Shown piece after piece: positions 1 through 11,100 of a DNA stretch of 64,000 nucleotides. Origin of the DNA: an uncultured Spirochaetota bacterium (GTDB lineage Bacteria; Spirochaetota; Brevinematia; Brevinematales; JAOACQ01); contig CAVYGN010000001.1 of NCBI GenBank assembly GCA_963768055.1, positions 448,001 to 512,000 of the forward strand, read 5' to 3'. The translations under genes were made by a program, and so were the position numbers. A model generated the notes under the pieces. It did not search any database. It had not been told where the DNA came from and worked only from the letters and a program-made list of their open reading frames with translations. How positions within the stretch are numbered: position 1 is the stretch's first letter; each line of letters starts with the position of its first letter.

Positions 1-975
1 AATGGCCCCGGCTATATTATCCGCCGATGCGGGATTGAAGTATACCGCTGCTCCGGAGCAAATCTCCTTCAGGGGGTTTATATCTGAAACCGCAACCGGA
101 CATCCGCATGCCATGGCTTCGAGCGGCGGCAGGCCGAAACCCTCATAAAAAGAAGGCAGAACGAGGACTTCCGCGCAATTATATAATTTGACAAGTTCCT
201 CGTCCTCCAGAATTCCTGTAAAAAAAACAGTATTTCCAAGGCCCATAGACCGAGAAACCTTTTCTGCGCCTTCAAAACCCGTTATAAATTTTTCCTTCTG
301 CCCCACGCAAACCAGGGAAAGCCCGCTTCCCCCTTTCCGGATTATCCCGAAGGTATTTAACAGGCCCTCTATATTTTTATGCGGCTTAATATTGCCGACA
401 TAAAGGGCGAACCTCGCCGGCAGTTTTTTTTTATCAAGAAATTCGTTTTTCTTTTCCATACTCATTTCCAGGTTCCTGAATTTCGGATCAGGGTACCGGG
501 GTATGACCATTATCCTCGAACTTTTTTTCGCCATTTCAGGGAAAAACCTCAGGATCTCGGTTTTGGTAAATTCCGAGACTGTAAAAATCGCATCGGAGCT
601 ACGGATGGCATTAGAGTAAAGGATGTTAGTGTATCTGCTTCTAAAAAATCTGTCTTTCAATATGCCTGCAAGGTGGAATACATCATGGATAGTTACGGCC
701 TTTTTTGCGGCCCTGACGGGTAAAATAGGCGCGTTAAAATGAGGGGTCCAGAAAAGGTCTGTCCGGGGTATCTTAAGAGGCAGTTCCGCCTGCTCGAACG
801 GAGAATAGGTCCTTGAAAAGGTCCCGATAATGTCTGTGCCGTATTTTTCAAGTTCCAGAGGATTTCCGAGAAGTGTCAGTTTAAAACTACGGGCCAAAAA
901 AGGTATAAGCGAGTCGATATATCTGCCTATTCCCGACATTTTTACCATTCTCGCATCAAGAACGATCCTCATCAT
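1..975 (-). CDS. Glycosyltransferase family 4 (GT-B), 3' end runs off the window
   Basis: Not in ORF track (no stop in window). Manual translation from ATG at 975: MMRIVLDARMVKMSGIGRY...VTIHDVFH...DAIFTVSEFTK...LYVGNIKPHKNIEGL...GLPPLEAMACG; GGAG RBS upstream. Confidence 0.9.
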   Translation of the reverse strand, partial: MMRIVLDARMVKMSGIGRYIDSLIPFLARSFKLTLLGNPLELEKYGTDIIGTFSRTYSPFEQAELPLKIPRTDLFWTPHFNAPILPVRAAKKAVTIHDVFHLAGILKDRFFRSRYTNILYSNAIRSSDAIFTVSEFTKTEILRFFPEMAKKSSRIMVIPRYPDPKFRNLEMSMEKKNEFLDKKKLPARFALYVGNIKPHKNIEGLLNTFGIIRKGGSGLSLVCVGQKEKFITGFEGAEKVSRSMGLGNTVFFTGILEDEELVKLYNCAEVLVLPSFYEGFGLPPLEAMACGCPVAVSDINPLKEICSGAAVYFNPASADNIAGAI

Positions 976-983
976 AACTCCCT

Positions 984-1190
984 GAAACCACAGATTAAGC
1001 CCTGTAAGGGTTCACTGATTAAGCATAATTATAAGAGGATTTCACTGATATTTCCAAATATATATGTCCTATTGTCATTTCGAGCGAAGTGTTTATCCGG
1101 AGAAATCTTCCCCGGAGCAAGATTTCTCGTTCCAAGTCCTCGAAATGACATCTGTACCATCTGTGTACCCCAGGGCTTAATCTGCAGTTC
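984..1190. repeat. Inverted-repeat element, CCACAGAT family (copy 1), with a nested REP-like palindrome
   Basis: Left arm GAAACCACAGATTAAGCCCTG (984-1004); right arm TGTACCCCAGGGCTTAATCTGCAGTTC (to 1190); related arms at 14876, 20514, 28998. Confidence 0.75.
1073..1150. repeat. REP-like palindrome TGTCATTTCGA..GAGAAATCTT..AAGATTTCTC..TCGAAATGACA
   Basis: Nested inverted repeats read directly; half copies at 24094, 25656, 26439. Confidence 0.8.
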
Positions 1191-1254
1191 GAGTTTTTGA
1201 CTTTAATCCTTTGTCAAATTACACTTATGTGATTATTCTCTCAGGGGGTGATTT

Positions 1255-2205
1255 TTGGCTCGAATCAGTGTAATCATACCCGCATATAACGAAGAGGCCA
1301 CCGTATCGCAGGTAGTCGATGAGTTCTACAAAGCATTGCCCGATGCATTTTTTTGTGTAATCGATAATAATTCCACCGACTTAACCGGAAAAACGGCATC
1401 GGCCAAATTCAGCGAACTTAAGCTGGCGGGCAAAGTGATCTTCGAAGCGCGAAAGGGGAAAGCCAACGCGGTGAGAAAGGCATTCACCGAGATAGATTCG
1501 GAAATATATATCCTGGTAGACGCCGATTGCACTTACAGTGCCGGGGACGCAGCGCGGCTCATATTTCCGGTTGAGAACGAAAGTGCGGATATGGTTGTCG
1601 GAGACCGGCTTTCGGGCGGGGGATACGGCAAGCAGAATAAGAGGATATTTCATAATTTCGGAAATCATCTGGTCAAATTGATAATAAATTTCATTTTCAA
1701 GAGTTCCCTCAGGGATATTATGAGCGGTTACAGGGTTTTCAGCAGAAGGTTTGTGAAAAATTTTCCGATCCTATCCGAGGGTTTTGAGGTAGAGACTGAA
1801 ATGACACTGCATGCCCTTGACAAGAGATTCAGGATCATGGAGATCCCGATAGAATACAGGGACAGGCCGGAGGGAAGCCAGTCGAAGCTGAATACGATGA
1901 AAGACGGATTCAGGGTCGTCAGGACAATATTCCGGATTTTCAGGGATTATAAGCCCCTTCAATTTTTCGGTCTCGCGGCCCTGATCAGTCTTTTAGCAGG
2001 TTTTGTCATAGGCCTGCCCGTTATTTCCGAATATATAAGCTACAAGTATATTTATAAAATTCCTTCGGCGATCCTCGCGACAGGTTTCATCATAATAGGG
2101 CTTTTGCTGTTTTCAATCGGACTTATACTAGACACTGTTTCAAGGCAGCATAAGTTCGATTACGAATATTCCCTCTTAACATATTCGGCGACGCATGACC
2201 GCTAG
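1255..2205 (+). CDS. Glycosyltransferase family 2 (DPM1/GtrB-like), two C-terminal TM helices
   Basis: IIPAYNEE, DNNSTD, VDAD motif, hydrophobic C-terminus; next to GtrA-family gene. Confidence 0.9.
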   Translation: MARISVIIPAYNEEATVSQVVDEFYKALPDAFFCVIDNNSTDLTGKTASAKFSELKLAGKVIFEARKGKANAVRKAFTEIDSEIYILVDADCTYSAGDAARLIFPVENESADMVVGDRLSGGGYGKQNKRIFHNFGNHLVKLIINFIFKSSLRDIMSGYRVFSRRFVKNFPILSEGFEVETEMTLHALDKRFRIMEIPIEYRDRPEGSQSKLNTMKDGFRVVRTIFRIFRDYKPLQFFGLAALISLLAGFVIGLPVISEYISYKYIYKIPSAILATGFIIIGLLLFSIGLILDTVSRQHKFDYEYSLLTYSATHDR

Positions 2206-2587
2206 GTTTTTTTCATGGCGGTATTTCGGCCAGGTTTTCAGGTTCGGTATTATAGGTGCAGCGGCGGCGGTGATCGATTACGGCGTTTATTACATGCTTT
2301 TCCCGATTACAGGGATTATAATCTCAAAAGCCGTTTCATATGTGCTTGCCACTTTCTTTACATTTGTCATGAACAAGCTCTGGACATTCGGTGCAAAGGC
2401 CTATTCCAGGTCCGAGATAGTCCGCTTCATTACTCTTTACGCTCTTTCGATATTTATCAATAACATCGTAAACAAGGCCGTTTTTTCCCTTTCAAAAGAA
2501 AAACTGGCCGGGTTTTTAGCGGCAACGGCAGTCTGCGCTGCAGTCAATTTCTTCGGCCTTAAATATTTTGTATTCCGGAAAAATTAA
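2195..2587 (+). CDS. GtrA family membrane protein
   Basis: RFGIIG, NKLWTF, NFFGLKYFVF; four TM segments. Confidence 0.85.
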   Translation: MTARFFSWRYFGQVFRFGIIGAAAAVIDYGVYYMLFPITGIIISKAVSYVLATFFTFVMNKLWTFGAKAYSRSEIVRFITLYALSIFINNIVNKAVFSLSKEKLAGFLAATAVCAAVNFFGLKYFVFRKN

Positions 2588-3375
2588 TTTTTCAGCCATT
2601 TCCTGAAGCGGGTTAAAATTCCTAAAGCAATGACGGCTATGCAGAAAGCTGCGGCAACGATTACTGTATGCGAATCACCGGTGAGATCCGCTGAACGTTT
2701 GATTATTATGCCTGTAAAAGCCCAAAGAACGACGAATCCGTAAAATATATCGTTCCGCCGGTAAATCATGAAGAGGGTGAGAATGGTGCCGGCCATGATT
2801 GCGGCTATAGTCCAGAAAACCTCGAATAAGCTGTAGCTGTTCAATCCTATTTTAACTAAAAAGGCGGTTGCATTGGCGATGACGGCTATGGAGATCCAGC
2901 CTAAATAGATGCTGAAAGGCATATGGATGCAGAGTTTTTCACTCCATGGAGCCTCCTTAAAACCGATCCCGAGCCTTATATATATGGTTATCAAAACCGA
3001 TAGCAGGATTATAATGATCAGCAGCGACACTAAAACCATTTCATAATGCCAGGCCACGATCCATAAGCTGTTAACCGCGCATGACAGGAAGAAAAAAAGG
3101 CCGATCTTATTTTGAACTGACTGTGTGGACTTTTCCCTTTTAAACAGGTCCCTTGCCTGATAAATTGTATAAATGAGGAGTAAAAGATAGATCACTCCCC
3201 ATATCGCGAAGGTTATGCCGGCGGGTACGAAAAGGTTGGGGTATTTATCCGAAAGCTCGCCGGTATTCTTGCCGTTGAAACGCAGGATGTTTGCAAGCGC
3301 ATTGACGGCGACCATGCAGATAAAGCCGGCGATATTTAAGATCTGTAAAACGATCGGGGATTTGTCCTGCTTCAT
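2584..3375 (-). CDS. TspO/MBR-related tryptophan-rich membrane protein
   Basis: PAGITFAIWGVIY and FSIYLGWISIA motifs, multi-TM. Confidence 0.7.
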   Translation of the reverse strand: MKQDKSPIVLQILNIAGFICMVAVNALANILRFNGKNTGELSDKYPNLFVPAGITFAIWGVIYLLLLIYTIYQARDLFKREKSTQSVQNKIGLFFFLSCAVNSLWIVAWHYEMVLVSLLIIIILLSVLITIYIRLGIGFKEAPWSEKLCIHMPFSIYLGWISIAVIANATAFLVKIGLNSYSLFEVFWTIAAIMAGTILTLFMIYRRNDIFYGFVVLWAFTGIIIKRSADLTGDSHTVIVAAAFCIAVIALGILTRFRKWLKN

Positions 3376-3616
3376 AGATTACCCCCCTAGTCAAATTAAA
3401 AGTTATAATGTTATTTTAACAAGCTTATATTATGTTTGCAAGAATATTCTGTCGGTGCTCGCAATGATCCGCCTACCCCCGGACGGGGTGAATGACAGGA
3501 CTGAGGCACCGGCGGCTCTTACTGAGGCGAATAAATTTGTCAAAAATAATTTTTATTATTATTTTTCTTGTTCAACTTTTAACGGCAATCTATAATATAA
3601 AAAAAAGGCGGGCGCG

Positions 3617-4507
3617 ATGCTTAAAAACGAAGAACTTATCAGGGAATTAAAGAAAAAATTGACTATTGAAATTTCCGAGAAAGAACATCTCCAGGAACTG
3701 AATAAATGGGTGAACGATCAGATAGTACGGTTCAGGGCCCTGTATGTCGGGGCTGTAGAGTACGCCTCAAGCATCGAAAACGATATGGAAAAAAGGATTG
3801 AGCAAATAACGAACAGGACGGATAAAGTACATGAAGATGATTGCCAGGATATATCCGAGATAAAAGAAAAACTCGCGTTCCAGATAGCTATTAACGAAAA
3901 ACTTCAGGAAGAAAACCTGCACCTCAAGGAGGAAAGTGAATCTCTCCGTATTATTCATATAAATGCCCTTGAGCATTCTACCATTCTGGAAAACGATCTC
4001 ACTGAAAAATACGACGAAGCGAACCGTTTAGCCATGACCGATAATCTTACCGGAATATATAACAGATTGAAGTTCAACCAGACCCTCCTCCTGGAAATTG
4101 AAAAGGTTAAGAAAAAAGGGAGCGTTCCTGAACTTATTATGTTCGATATAGATCATTTCAAGAAGATTAACGACAATTACGGGCATATCGCCGGGGATAA
4201 TGTACTTATTAAAATCGCCCAGATAGTCAACAGGATCATCCGGAAAAGGGATACTTTCGCGCGCTGGGGCGGCGAGGAATTCATGATCCTTCTTCCGGAA
4301 ACCGGTCGCAAAGAATCGTCGGCAATAGCTGAAAGGATCAGGGTCGGCATTGAAAACTATAAGTTCGAAACGGTCAAGCACCTGACCTGCAGTTTCGGGG
4401 TAACGGGATACCTGAATAATGAGAAGATCAGCGACCTGTACAAAAGGGTCGATATGGCGCTGTACACCGCAAAGCGTGATGGAAGGAACCAGGTAGTGAA
4501 TTTATAA
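3617..4507 (+). CDS. Diguanylate cyclase (GGEEF) with duplicated N-terminal coiled coil
   Basis: DNLTGIYNR, DIDHFKKINDNYGH, RKRD I-site, RWGGEEF. Confidence 0.92.
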   Translation: MLKNEELIRELKKKLTIEISEKEHLQELNKWVNDQIVRFRALYVGAVEYASSIENDMEKRIEQITNRTDKVHEDDCQDISEIKEKLAFQIAINEKLQEENLHLKEESESLRIIHINALEHSTILENDLTEKYDEANRLAMTDNLTGIYNRLKFNQTLLLEIEKVKKKGSVPELIMFDIDHFKKINDNYGHIAGDNVLIKIAQIVNRIIRKRDTFARWGGEEFMILLPETGRKESSAIAERIRVGIENYKFETVKHLTCSFGVTGYLNNEKISDLYKRVDMALYTAKRDGRNQVVNL

Positions 4508-4528
4508 AACGTTCGGGGATTTGACCCG

Positions 4529-5842
4529 TTATTCCTGCCCTTTATTTCGCCTGATCCTTTCCCGCACAAAATCTATATGTTCGCGAAGGATATAGAACGA
4601 TTCAGCGAATGACACCGGGACGTTTTTATTCACCTGGTTTTCTATCCGGTCGAGTTCGGAATAGACTTCAGTCAGGTCGCCGCCCCCCTTTTTCATGACC
4701 TTCTGCTCGATATTGAGAAGTTCACGGTACCAGCGGTAGATGCGCGACCTGATCCTCCATTGGAAAAAAGCCGGAACGCCCCGGATTACCGAGGGGAATA
4801 TTACTATGAGCGGAAGTATCAAAACAAGGATCCTGTCGGCCAGGCTCGCGATCCAGAAAGGCAGGATCTTGTAAAGAATGCCCTCCCCCGACTTATAAAA
4901 CCGTTTTGCGTCTGAGCTGATGGCTATATCGTTTTCCAGCGGAGCGGGGAATTCATTCCGGTCTTTGATCAGGCCGGGTTTCGAATGCACTTTTATTGCG
5001 GCTTCAAGGATAAGGTCGGAAAGCGCGGGGTGCAGATTTTTTCTGGCTATTATTTCGACAACCGGTCCGACCAGATTAAGGTCATGGGGCGGTAAATTTT
5101 TACCAAAGTCTATCCCTCCCATGGGAATAACGATTTTATGCAGGTATGTAATATGCCTTGCGTAAGCATCCGCCTGAGTGAAATTATAAAGACGGATAAA
5201 AGGATCCCTGAGAAGCTCGCGCATGTTGGTTGTAGTAACAGAATCTCCCATAAGGAAGACAGCGTTAACGCTCCCTTTCAGCAGGTCCTTCACCGCCTCA
5301 TCCGAATCGATCTCGAGCAGGGTTGTCGGGCCGCCTGGAAGGATGCCGTTATTTGAGAGCAGGAGATGGGAAAACTTCCTGGTCCCGCTTCCGGACTCCC
5401 CTACAGCCAGCCGCTTGCCCTTGAAATCGGAGATCAGTTCGAGAGGGACCGGGCTTCTGTAAAAAAGATATATCGGTTCATAAGAGATGCTGCCCAGAGA
5501 TACCAATTTTTGAGTATTGGAACTCTGTATCCCCCCCTGGACGAATCCGATGTCGACCTTGTTAGATAAAACCGACAGGCGTTTGAAATTCTCAATGGAA
5601 CCTTCGGAGGGAAGGATGACCAGCTTTACGCCGTCGCTTTTAAGAATCTTCTGGTATTCTTCAGCGTAATGCCATAATGAACTGCCTTCCGGCCCGGCGG
5701 TAATTATAAGCGTGGTAGGCGGGGCCGAATGGAAAAACCAGAAAACTGCAAAACATGAGACAATAACGAGCAGGATAACAGACCCGAAGATGACAGTGCG
5801 GTTCCGGCCGAATCTGTCAAAATGAAAAAAAGTTGTTTTCAT
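4529..5842 (-). CDS. TAXI family TRAP solute-binding protein with C-terminal membrane extension
   Basis: SEGSIEN, VDIGFVQGG, GESGSGT, LPFWIA..RIYRWY. Confidence 0.8.
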   Translation of the reverse strand: MKTTFFHFDRFGRNRTVIFGSVILLVIVSCFAVFWFFHSAPPTTLIITAGPEGSSLWHYAEEYQKILKSDGVKLVILPSEGSIENFKRLSVLSNKVDIGFVQGGIQSSNTQKLVSLGSISYEPIYLFYRSPVPLELISDFKGKRLAVGESGSGTRKFSHLLLSNNGILPGGPTTLLEIDSDEAVKDLLKGSVNAVFLMGDSVTTTNMRELLRDPFIRLYNFTQADAYARHITYLHKIVIPMGGIDFGKNLPPHDLNLVGPVVEIIARKNLHPALSDLILEAAIKVHSKPGLIKDRNEFPAPLENDIAISSDAKRFYKSGEGILYKILPFWIASLADRILVLILPLIVIFPSVIRGVPAFFQWRIRSRIYRWYRELLNIEQKVMKKGGGDLTEVYSELDRIENQVNKNVPVSFAESFYILREHIDFVRERIRRNKGQE

Positions 5843-5861
5843 TATATTTCCTCCCGGATTA

Positions 5862-8120
5862 TTATGTTATCTTCAATATCTCTTCTATATCTTTTATAGT
5901 GCTCTTTTTTAAGACCTCATTAACCTGCCTGGCGGCTTTTTTTGTGTCTATCCTGGATATAAAATCCTGGACCCTGGGGAAGTTTGCAGGTTCGACGCTT
6001 ATTTTCCTTATACCCGAACCTATCAGGAATGCAAGGTACTCTTTTTTATTCGCCATGTCGCCGCAAATCGAGATGTCAATGCCCCGGCTTATACTTGTTT
6101 TGATAATTTTCTTAAGAGCCCTTAAAACGGCAGGATGATGGGCTATATACATATCCGCCACATCGTCATTTGTCCTGTCGACAGCCAGAATGTATTGAAT
6201 AAGATCGTTTGTCCCGATCGAAAAAAAATCGGATATCGAACAGAAATCATCCATCATTTCTACCACCGAAGGAAGTTCAATCATCATGCCTATTTCGGGG
6301 TTTTTATTATATGGAATTTTTTTACTTTCAAGAAAATCCGAACATTCCAGGACGATATTTTTTGCAGTGATAAATTCCTCGATCGAAGAGATCATCGGGA
6401 ACATGATCTTAATGTTCATCATATGCCCGGCACGGAGTATGGCCCTTAACTGCTGTTTGAAAATGTCGGTTTGCTTCAATGAAAACCGGATCGAGCGCAG
6501 ACCGAGAAAGGGGTTCTGTTCTTTCGGGGAATTATTGTACGGGAGTACCTTGTCGCCTCCTATGTCGAGAGTTCTGAATGTCACTTCCCTTCCCTTGGCC
6601 CTGTCAAGGAGTATTTTGTAGATCTTATACTGTTCTTCCTCGTCCGGAAAATCCTTTCTTACCAGGAAGGGCATTTCAGTCCTGTAAAGCCCCACGCCTT
6701 CGTAAGGCATCTTTTCTGCTGTCTTCAGGTCGCTCAACAGGTTGATATTGATCATCAGTCTTACAGCGACCCCGTCCTTTGTGACCGTTTTCTGCCTAGG
6801 CTTCAGATTTTCCCGCCTGAGATCCATCCTCGCCTTGTTCCTTATATTGAACTGGTCTACTATTTCTTTATGCGGATTAATATATATATTGCCCGCCTCG
6901 GCGTCCATCAAGATCATTGTCGAATCCGGAAGTTCCAGAATCCTCGGATCTTCCACTATCATAACCGGGATATTCAGGGTTCGCGCGAGGATTGAGAAAT
7001 GAGAAGTCGCCCCGCCGGTAAGAAGAATGATGCCCCCCGCTTTTTCCGAATAAAGGCGGATAAGATCCGAAAGAAGAAGCTCATTTGCTACGATGATTTT
7101 GTTCATGACCCCCGGCATCCGGGAATCATTTTTCACAAGATTATTCAAAATCCTTTTAGCAATATCTTCTATATCTTTCGCCTTTTCTTTTATATAATCG
7201 CTGGGGCTGTTCAAGAGAAGTTTGATATAGTTGGTGGCTATTTTGATAAGGGCTGTCGGAGGATTTTCACCATTATCTATAAGTTTCAATATCTCTCCGC
7301 TGAAGTTCCTGTCACGGAGTATTAAAAGATGAGCTCCGAAAATCAATGAAGCAGCCTCCGAAAAGTCTTTCTCTATTATCTTCTGCAGTTCGGCTATTTC
7401 GCTTTCCGTGAGTTTCAGAGATGAGATGAATTCTTCCTTTGTATATTTTTTATTAAACCTGCTTTTAGTGAAAAACTCAAAAGGGTCCGTCTGGCTGATT
7501 TTATAAATCTCCGAGTAATGATACCCCTCTGACGCGGTTTTGCCCTTGATAAAATTGTAGGAAATATCAACACCGTTTTTGACGGCCTTATGGCTTCCGG
7601 CCTTATACCGGCCGCCTATATAGCTCATTAGCCTGTCGTTATCGATCATAATGGCAAGATGGGAAGCTATTATTTTTGATACTTTGATCTCGCTTGCAGA
7701 AAAAGTTTTTCCGATTTCCCGCTGCAGCATCAGGACCCCGATTTTAGTGATCCCCTTTTCAATAGGTAGTACAAGATAAGTGTCGTATTTCTCCTCGTCG
7801 AGGCCGGGAACTCTTTTATAGTTCGGGTTCATTGAGCCCTTCTTTTCATATATGGCCCTTGATTCCCTGAGAGCAAGCCCCGCCAGGCCCTCTGTCATCT
7901 TTATTTTCACACTTTCTACCGCGCCGGGGTCGAAGCCGACATTTGCAAGCATCGTCAGGTCCCCCGATCGTTCATCAAAACAATAAATTGAACAGATAGT
8001 CGATTTCATGAAATCGGCTATTGCATGTACAGTCCTGTCGAGTATCGTCTGCAGATCAGCGCTGTCTTTGTAAATATTATTCAATTCTATAATATTGAAC
8101 AGGAGATCGATTTGTTTCAT
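5862..8120 (-). CDS. ptsP: GAF-containing PEP-protein phosphotransferase (EI-Ntr)
   Basis: N-terminal GAF; GGATSH phospho-His motif; GVGLYRTE, RTLDIGGDK, SIGTNDLIQY. Confidence 0.92.
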   Translation of the reverse strand: MKQIDLLFNIIELNNIYKDSADLQTILDRTVHAIADFMKSTICSIYCFDERSGDLTMLANVGFDPGAVESVKIKMTEGLAGLALRESRAIYEKKGSMNPNYKRVPGLDEEKYDTYLVLPIEKGITKIGVLMLQREIGKTFSASEIKVSKIIASHLAIMIDNDRLMSYIGGRYKAGSHKAVKNGVDISYNFIKGKTASEGYHYSEIYKISQTDPFEFFTKSRFNKKYTKEEFISSLKLTESEIAELQKIIEKDFSEAASLIFGAHLLILRDRNFSGEILKLIDNGENPPTALIKIATNYIKLLLNSPSDYIKEKAKDIEDIAKRILNNLVKNDSRMPGVMNKIIVANELLLSDLIRLYSEKAGGIILLTGGATSHFSILARTLNIPVMIVEDPRILELPDSTMILMDAEAGNIYINPHKEIVDQFNIRNKARMDLRRENLKPRQKTVTKDGVAVRLMININLLSDLKTAEKMPYEGVGLYRTEMPFLVRKDFPDEEEQYKIYKILLDRAKGREVTFRTLDIGGDKVLPYNNSPKEQNPFLGLRSIRFSLKQTDIFKQQLRAILRAGHMMNIKIMFPMISSIEEFITAKNIVLECSDFLESKKIPYNKNPEIGMMIELPSVVEMMDDFCSISDFFSIGTNDLIQYILAVDRTNDDVADMYIAHHPAVLRALKKIIKTSISRGIDISICGDMANKKEYLAFLIGSGIRKISVEPANFPRVQDFISRIDTKKAARQVNEVLKKSTIKDIEEILKIT

Positions 8121-11100
8121 AGTGCATTTCTCCCGTGCATGACGATCCTGTTGCGCCCGATTTTTTTCGCCTTATACAGCGCCTCATCCGCCATTTTCAA
8201 AAGTAATTCGGCGATCTCTTCCTTGATTTTATCGATCTTTTCCCAATCGGCCCCTTCCCTGTCCCTGACTTCGTAAAGATCCTTCAAATCGCCGATTCCG
8301 AGTGTCTTATTTATATAATCCGAATTGTCCCGGAGAGACACAACTCCGAAACTTGAAGTGATCGACAGGGCCTTGTCCCCGTAATTTATTATCGTATTGC
8401 CGATCGAGTTCCGGAGACCCTCTGCAACATGCGCGGCATTTTTCAGATTGGTCTCCGGAAGGATTACAATAAACTCGTCCCCGCCGTACCTTCCGGCTAT
8501 GTCGTATTTCCTGATCGCGGATTTAATTATTTTACCTGTCATCGCGAGGAACAAATCCCCGGCCTGATGACCATGCGAGTCGTTTATTCGCTTGAAAAAA
8601 TCCAGGTCCATAAATATTATCGATATATCCCGGTATTGCCTCACGGATAACTCCCGCTTAAGGTTTTCAAGGGCAGCCCTCCGGTTATTCAAACCTGTCA
8701 ATTCGTCCTTCGAGGCCAATTGCCTGATCTTTTTTAGTTCGTAATATTTCATCAATTGTTCGTCCACAGTAATGATGAGCAGTTTTTCCTCGATAGGTTT
8801 TTTTAAATAGGCCGCCGCACCCAATTCCCTTCTCTCAAGCATCAGCCCTTCGTCAGCTACGGCGGATAAAAATATAAAGGGTATTTCCTTGTGAACCGGG
8901 TTTCCCACAAGGCGGTTATGCAGGTCGTCTCCTTTCATATTGGGCATATTGAAATCGCAGATGACTATGTCGGGCGAATATTCATAAACGGCTTCGAGCC
9001 CCTGCTTGCCGTCCGAAGCGATGATGAAATTCTTGAAGCCGTTTTTGTTCAAATATGTGTAAATAATTTCACAGATGCTCTTATCGTCGTCTATTATCAA
9101 TATTATGCCCTTTTTGTAGTCCGACTCGTTTTCCCTGTTCAAATCCATAAAAATGGTACGAATGTTTTCAATACGCTGTTTTTCGTCAAGCTCGGCCTCT
9201 ATCAGCGTCTTTAAATCCTTTCTCCTTCTGAACGTGTTCTCATCCGAACTTATATCCTTTTCGTTAAAATGCGCCCTCCCTTTTTTCATCTTTATGAGGA
9301 ATCTCGATCCCTTTCCCGGCCCCTCGGATTCCGCCCAGATTTCCCCCTTTAAAAAGTCGGTAAGCTGCTTCGAGAAGGCAAGCCCGATGCCGGTCCCATG
9401 GTACTGGCTGTTTCTCCCGTCATGGAGCTGTTCAAACCTGTTGAAAATAATCTTCAATTTCTCCTTGGGTATTCCGATGCCGTTATCCGAGATGCTGATT
9501 AAAATATGATCGGCCTTTTCTTCAAGCTCGGTTATGATAACCCCGGTATCGGGATTGACGAATTTGATCGCGTTCGATAGAATGTTATCGAGTATCTCCT
9601 CGAGCTTTTCAGTATCCGTGTAAAAATCTTCAATTTTTTTGGCGGGCAATATCCTTTTTATTTTTATTCCGCTCGAACTTACCGAAGACTCGTAATAATC
9701 CAGCAGGGAATTGATGTTTGCCGCCAGGTCGACTTTTTCAATCTTCAATTTAATGCCCCTGGCGTCTATTTTTGCGAGTTCAAGAAGCTTGTCGATCGTG
9801 TCTTTCAGCCGCAGGGACGATTTGTATATCATGCGGAATTTTTCTTTCTCCTCATCGTCTATATTGTCGTCAAAACGGATGGCGAGGTCGGCGGCGTTAA
9901 GGATAACGGTGAGGGGCGACCGGAAATCATGTGTAATATTCGCTATGAAATCGTTTTTCAGCGCGTCGAGTTCTTTCAATTTAGTATTGGCCTTTTCCAG
10001 TTCAATGGTCCTTTCTTTGACTCTGTGTTCAAGCTGGTTTGTGTATACGTATAATTCGTTAGTCAGCCGCGCTCCTTTTATAGCGCCGCTGATCTGAACC
10101 GACAGGGTTTCATAAATAAAACTTGTGAGGGTCTGAATATCGTAAAGTATATAACCGAAATATTCATCCTTAAAATTCAACGCCATTACGACATATTCCT
10201 GGAATCCGGTTTTATTTTTATTAATATCTGATGGAAGTAATTTTTTTGAAGGAAAAGGTTCATTGCCTATCTTTTTATTATTTTTGTCATAGGCGAATAA
10301 AACTCTTGCAAATTCCCTGGTCTGATCTTCGAAAAGGCAGGTATAAAAACTTTTGAATTGGAATTGCGGGGGCAAATTGGAGAGAACCGCTTCTTTTAGT
10401 TTTTCAATGTCGAAAGTATTGATGAAACTCTCCGTAACATCGAATACTACATGCGATTCAAGCGTTATCCTGGCCCTTTTTTCGGATTGTTCTTCTTTGA
10501 TCATTAATCCGAATAACGCAAGAGTTTCGTTCCATAACTGCAGGCCGCTCTCCCGTTCATCCGAACTTAAAAAACGGTTTATTAAATTTCCGTAAAAAAT
10601 TGACATGAATTGATTTATTGAGATTATTTCTTCATTGCTGTCCAGCAGAATGCGGAACAGATCGAGGAATTCTTCAAATAATCGATTTTTATTGCCGCCG
10701 TCTCTTGTTTCGAAATATCTGTCGACCAGTACCTTTAACCGCTTCTTTAAATCTATTTTACTTTTTAAATATGGAAGCTCCTTTGCCATAATAGCGCCGA
10801 TCTCATCGTTGAATTCGCTTTTATCGATGAAAAAAAAGCTTTTTTTATTCTGGTTGCTGTTAGTTATCCTGTCGTTCATTATATGGTTCAATTTATCCAC
10901 GGCCCTGCAGCCGCATGATTCCCTGATTATGAATTCTGTCGGAATAACGACATTTTCAGGGACCTTTTTTCCCTCCATAATTGACAGAAGTAATTTTACG
11001 CTTTCCTGTCCGATGTCGAAAAAAGGCTGTTTTACAGTGGTAAGAGTAGGCTGCGCCGTCCAGCATTCCTGCGTATCGTCAAATCCGGTAACCGCTGCGT

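Noticed and set aside
78..723. Short ORFs 78-275, 188-403, 379-723
   Set aside because: Shadows of the minus-strand GT4 gene (1-975), which carries family motifs
3215..3595. 126 aa plus-strand ORF and hairpin-rich stretch 3450-3515 as a possible c-di-GMP riboswitch
   Set aside because: ORF overlaps the TspO-like gene and has no motifs; the hairpins lack a recognisable riboswitch core and look like a decayed REP
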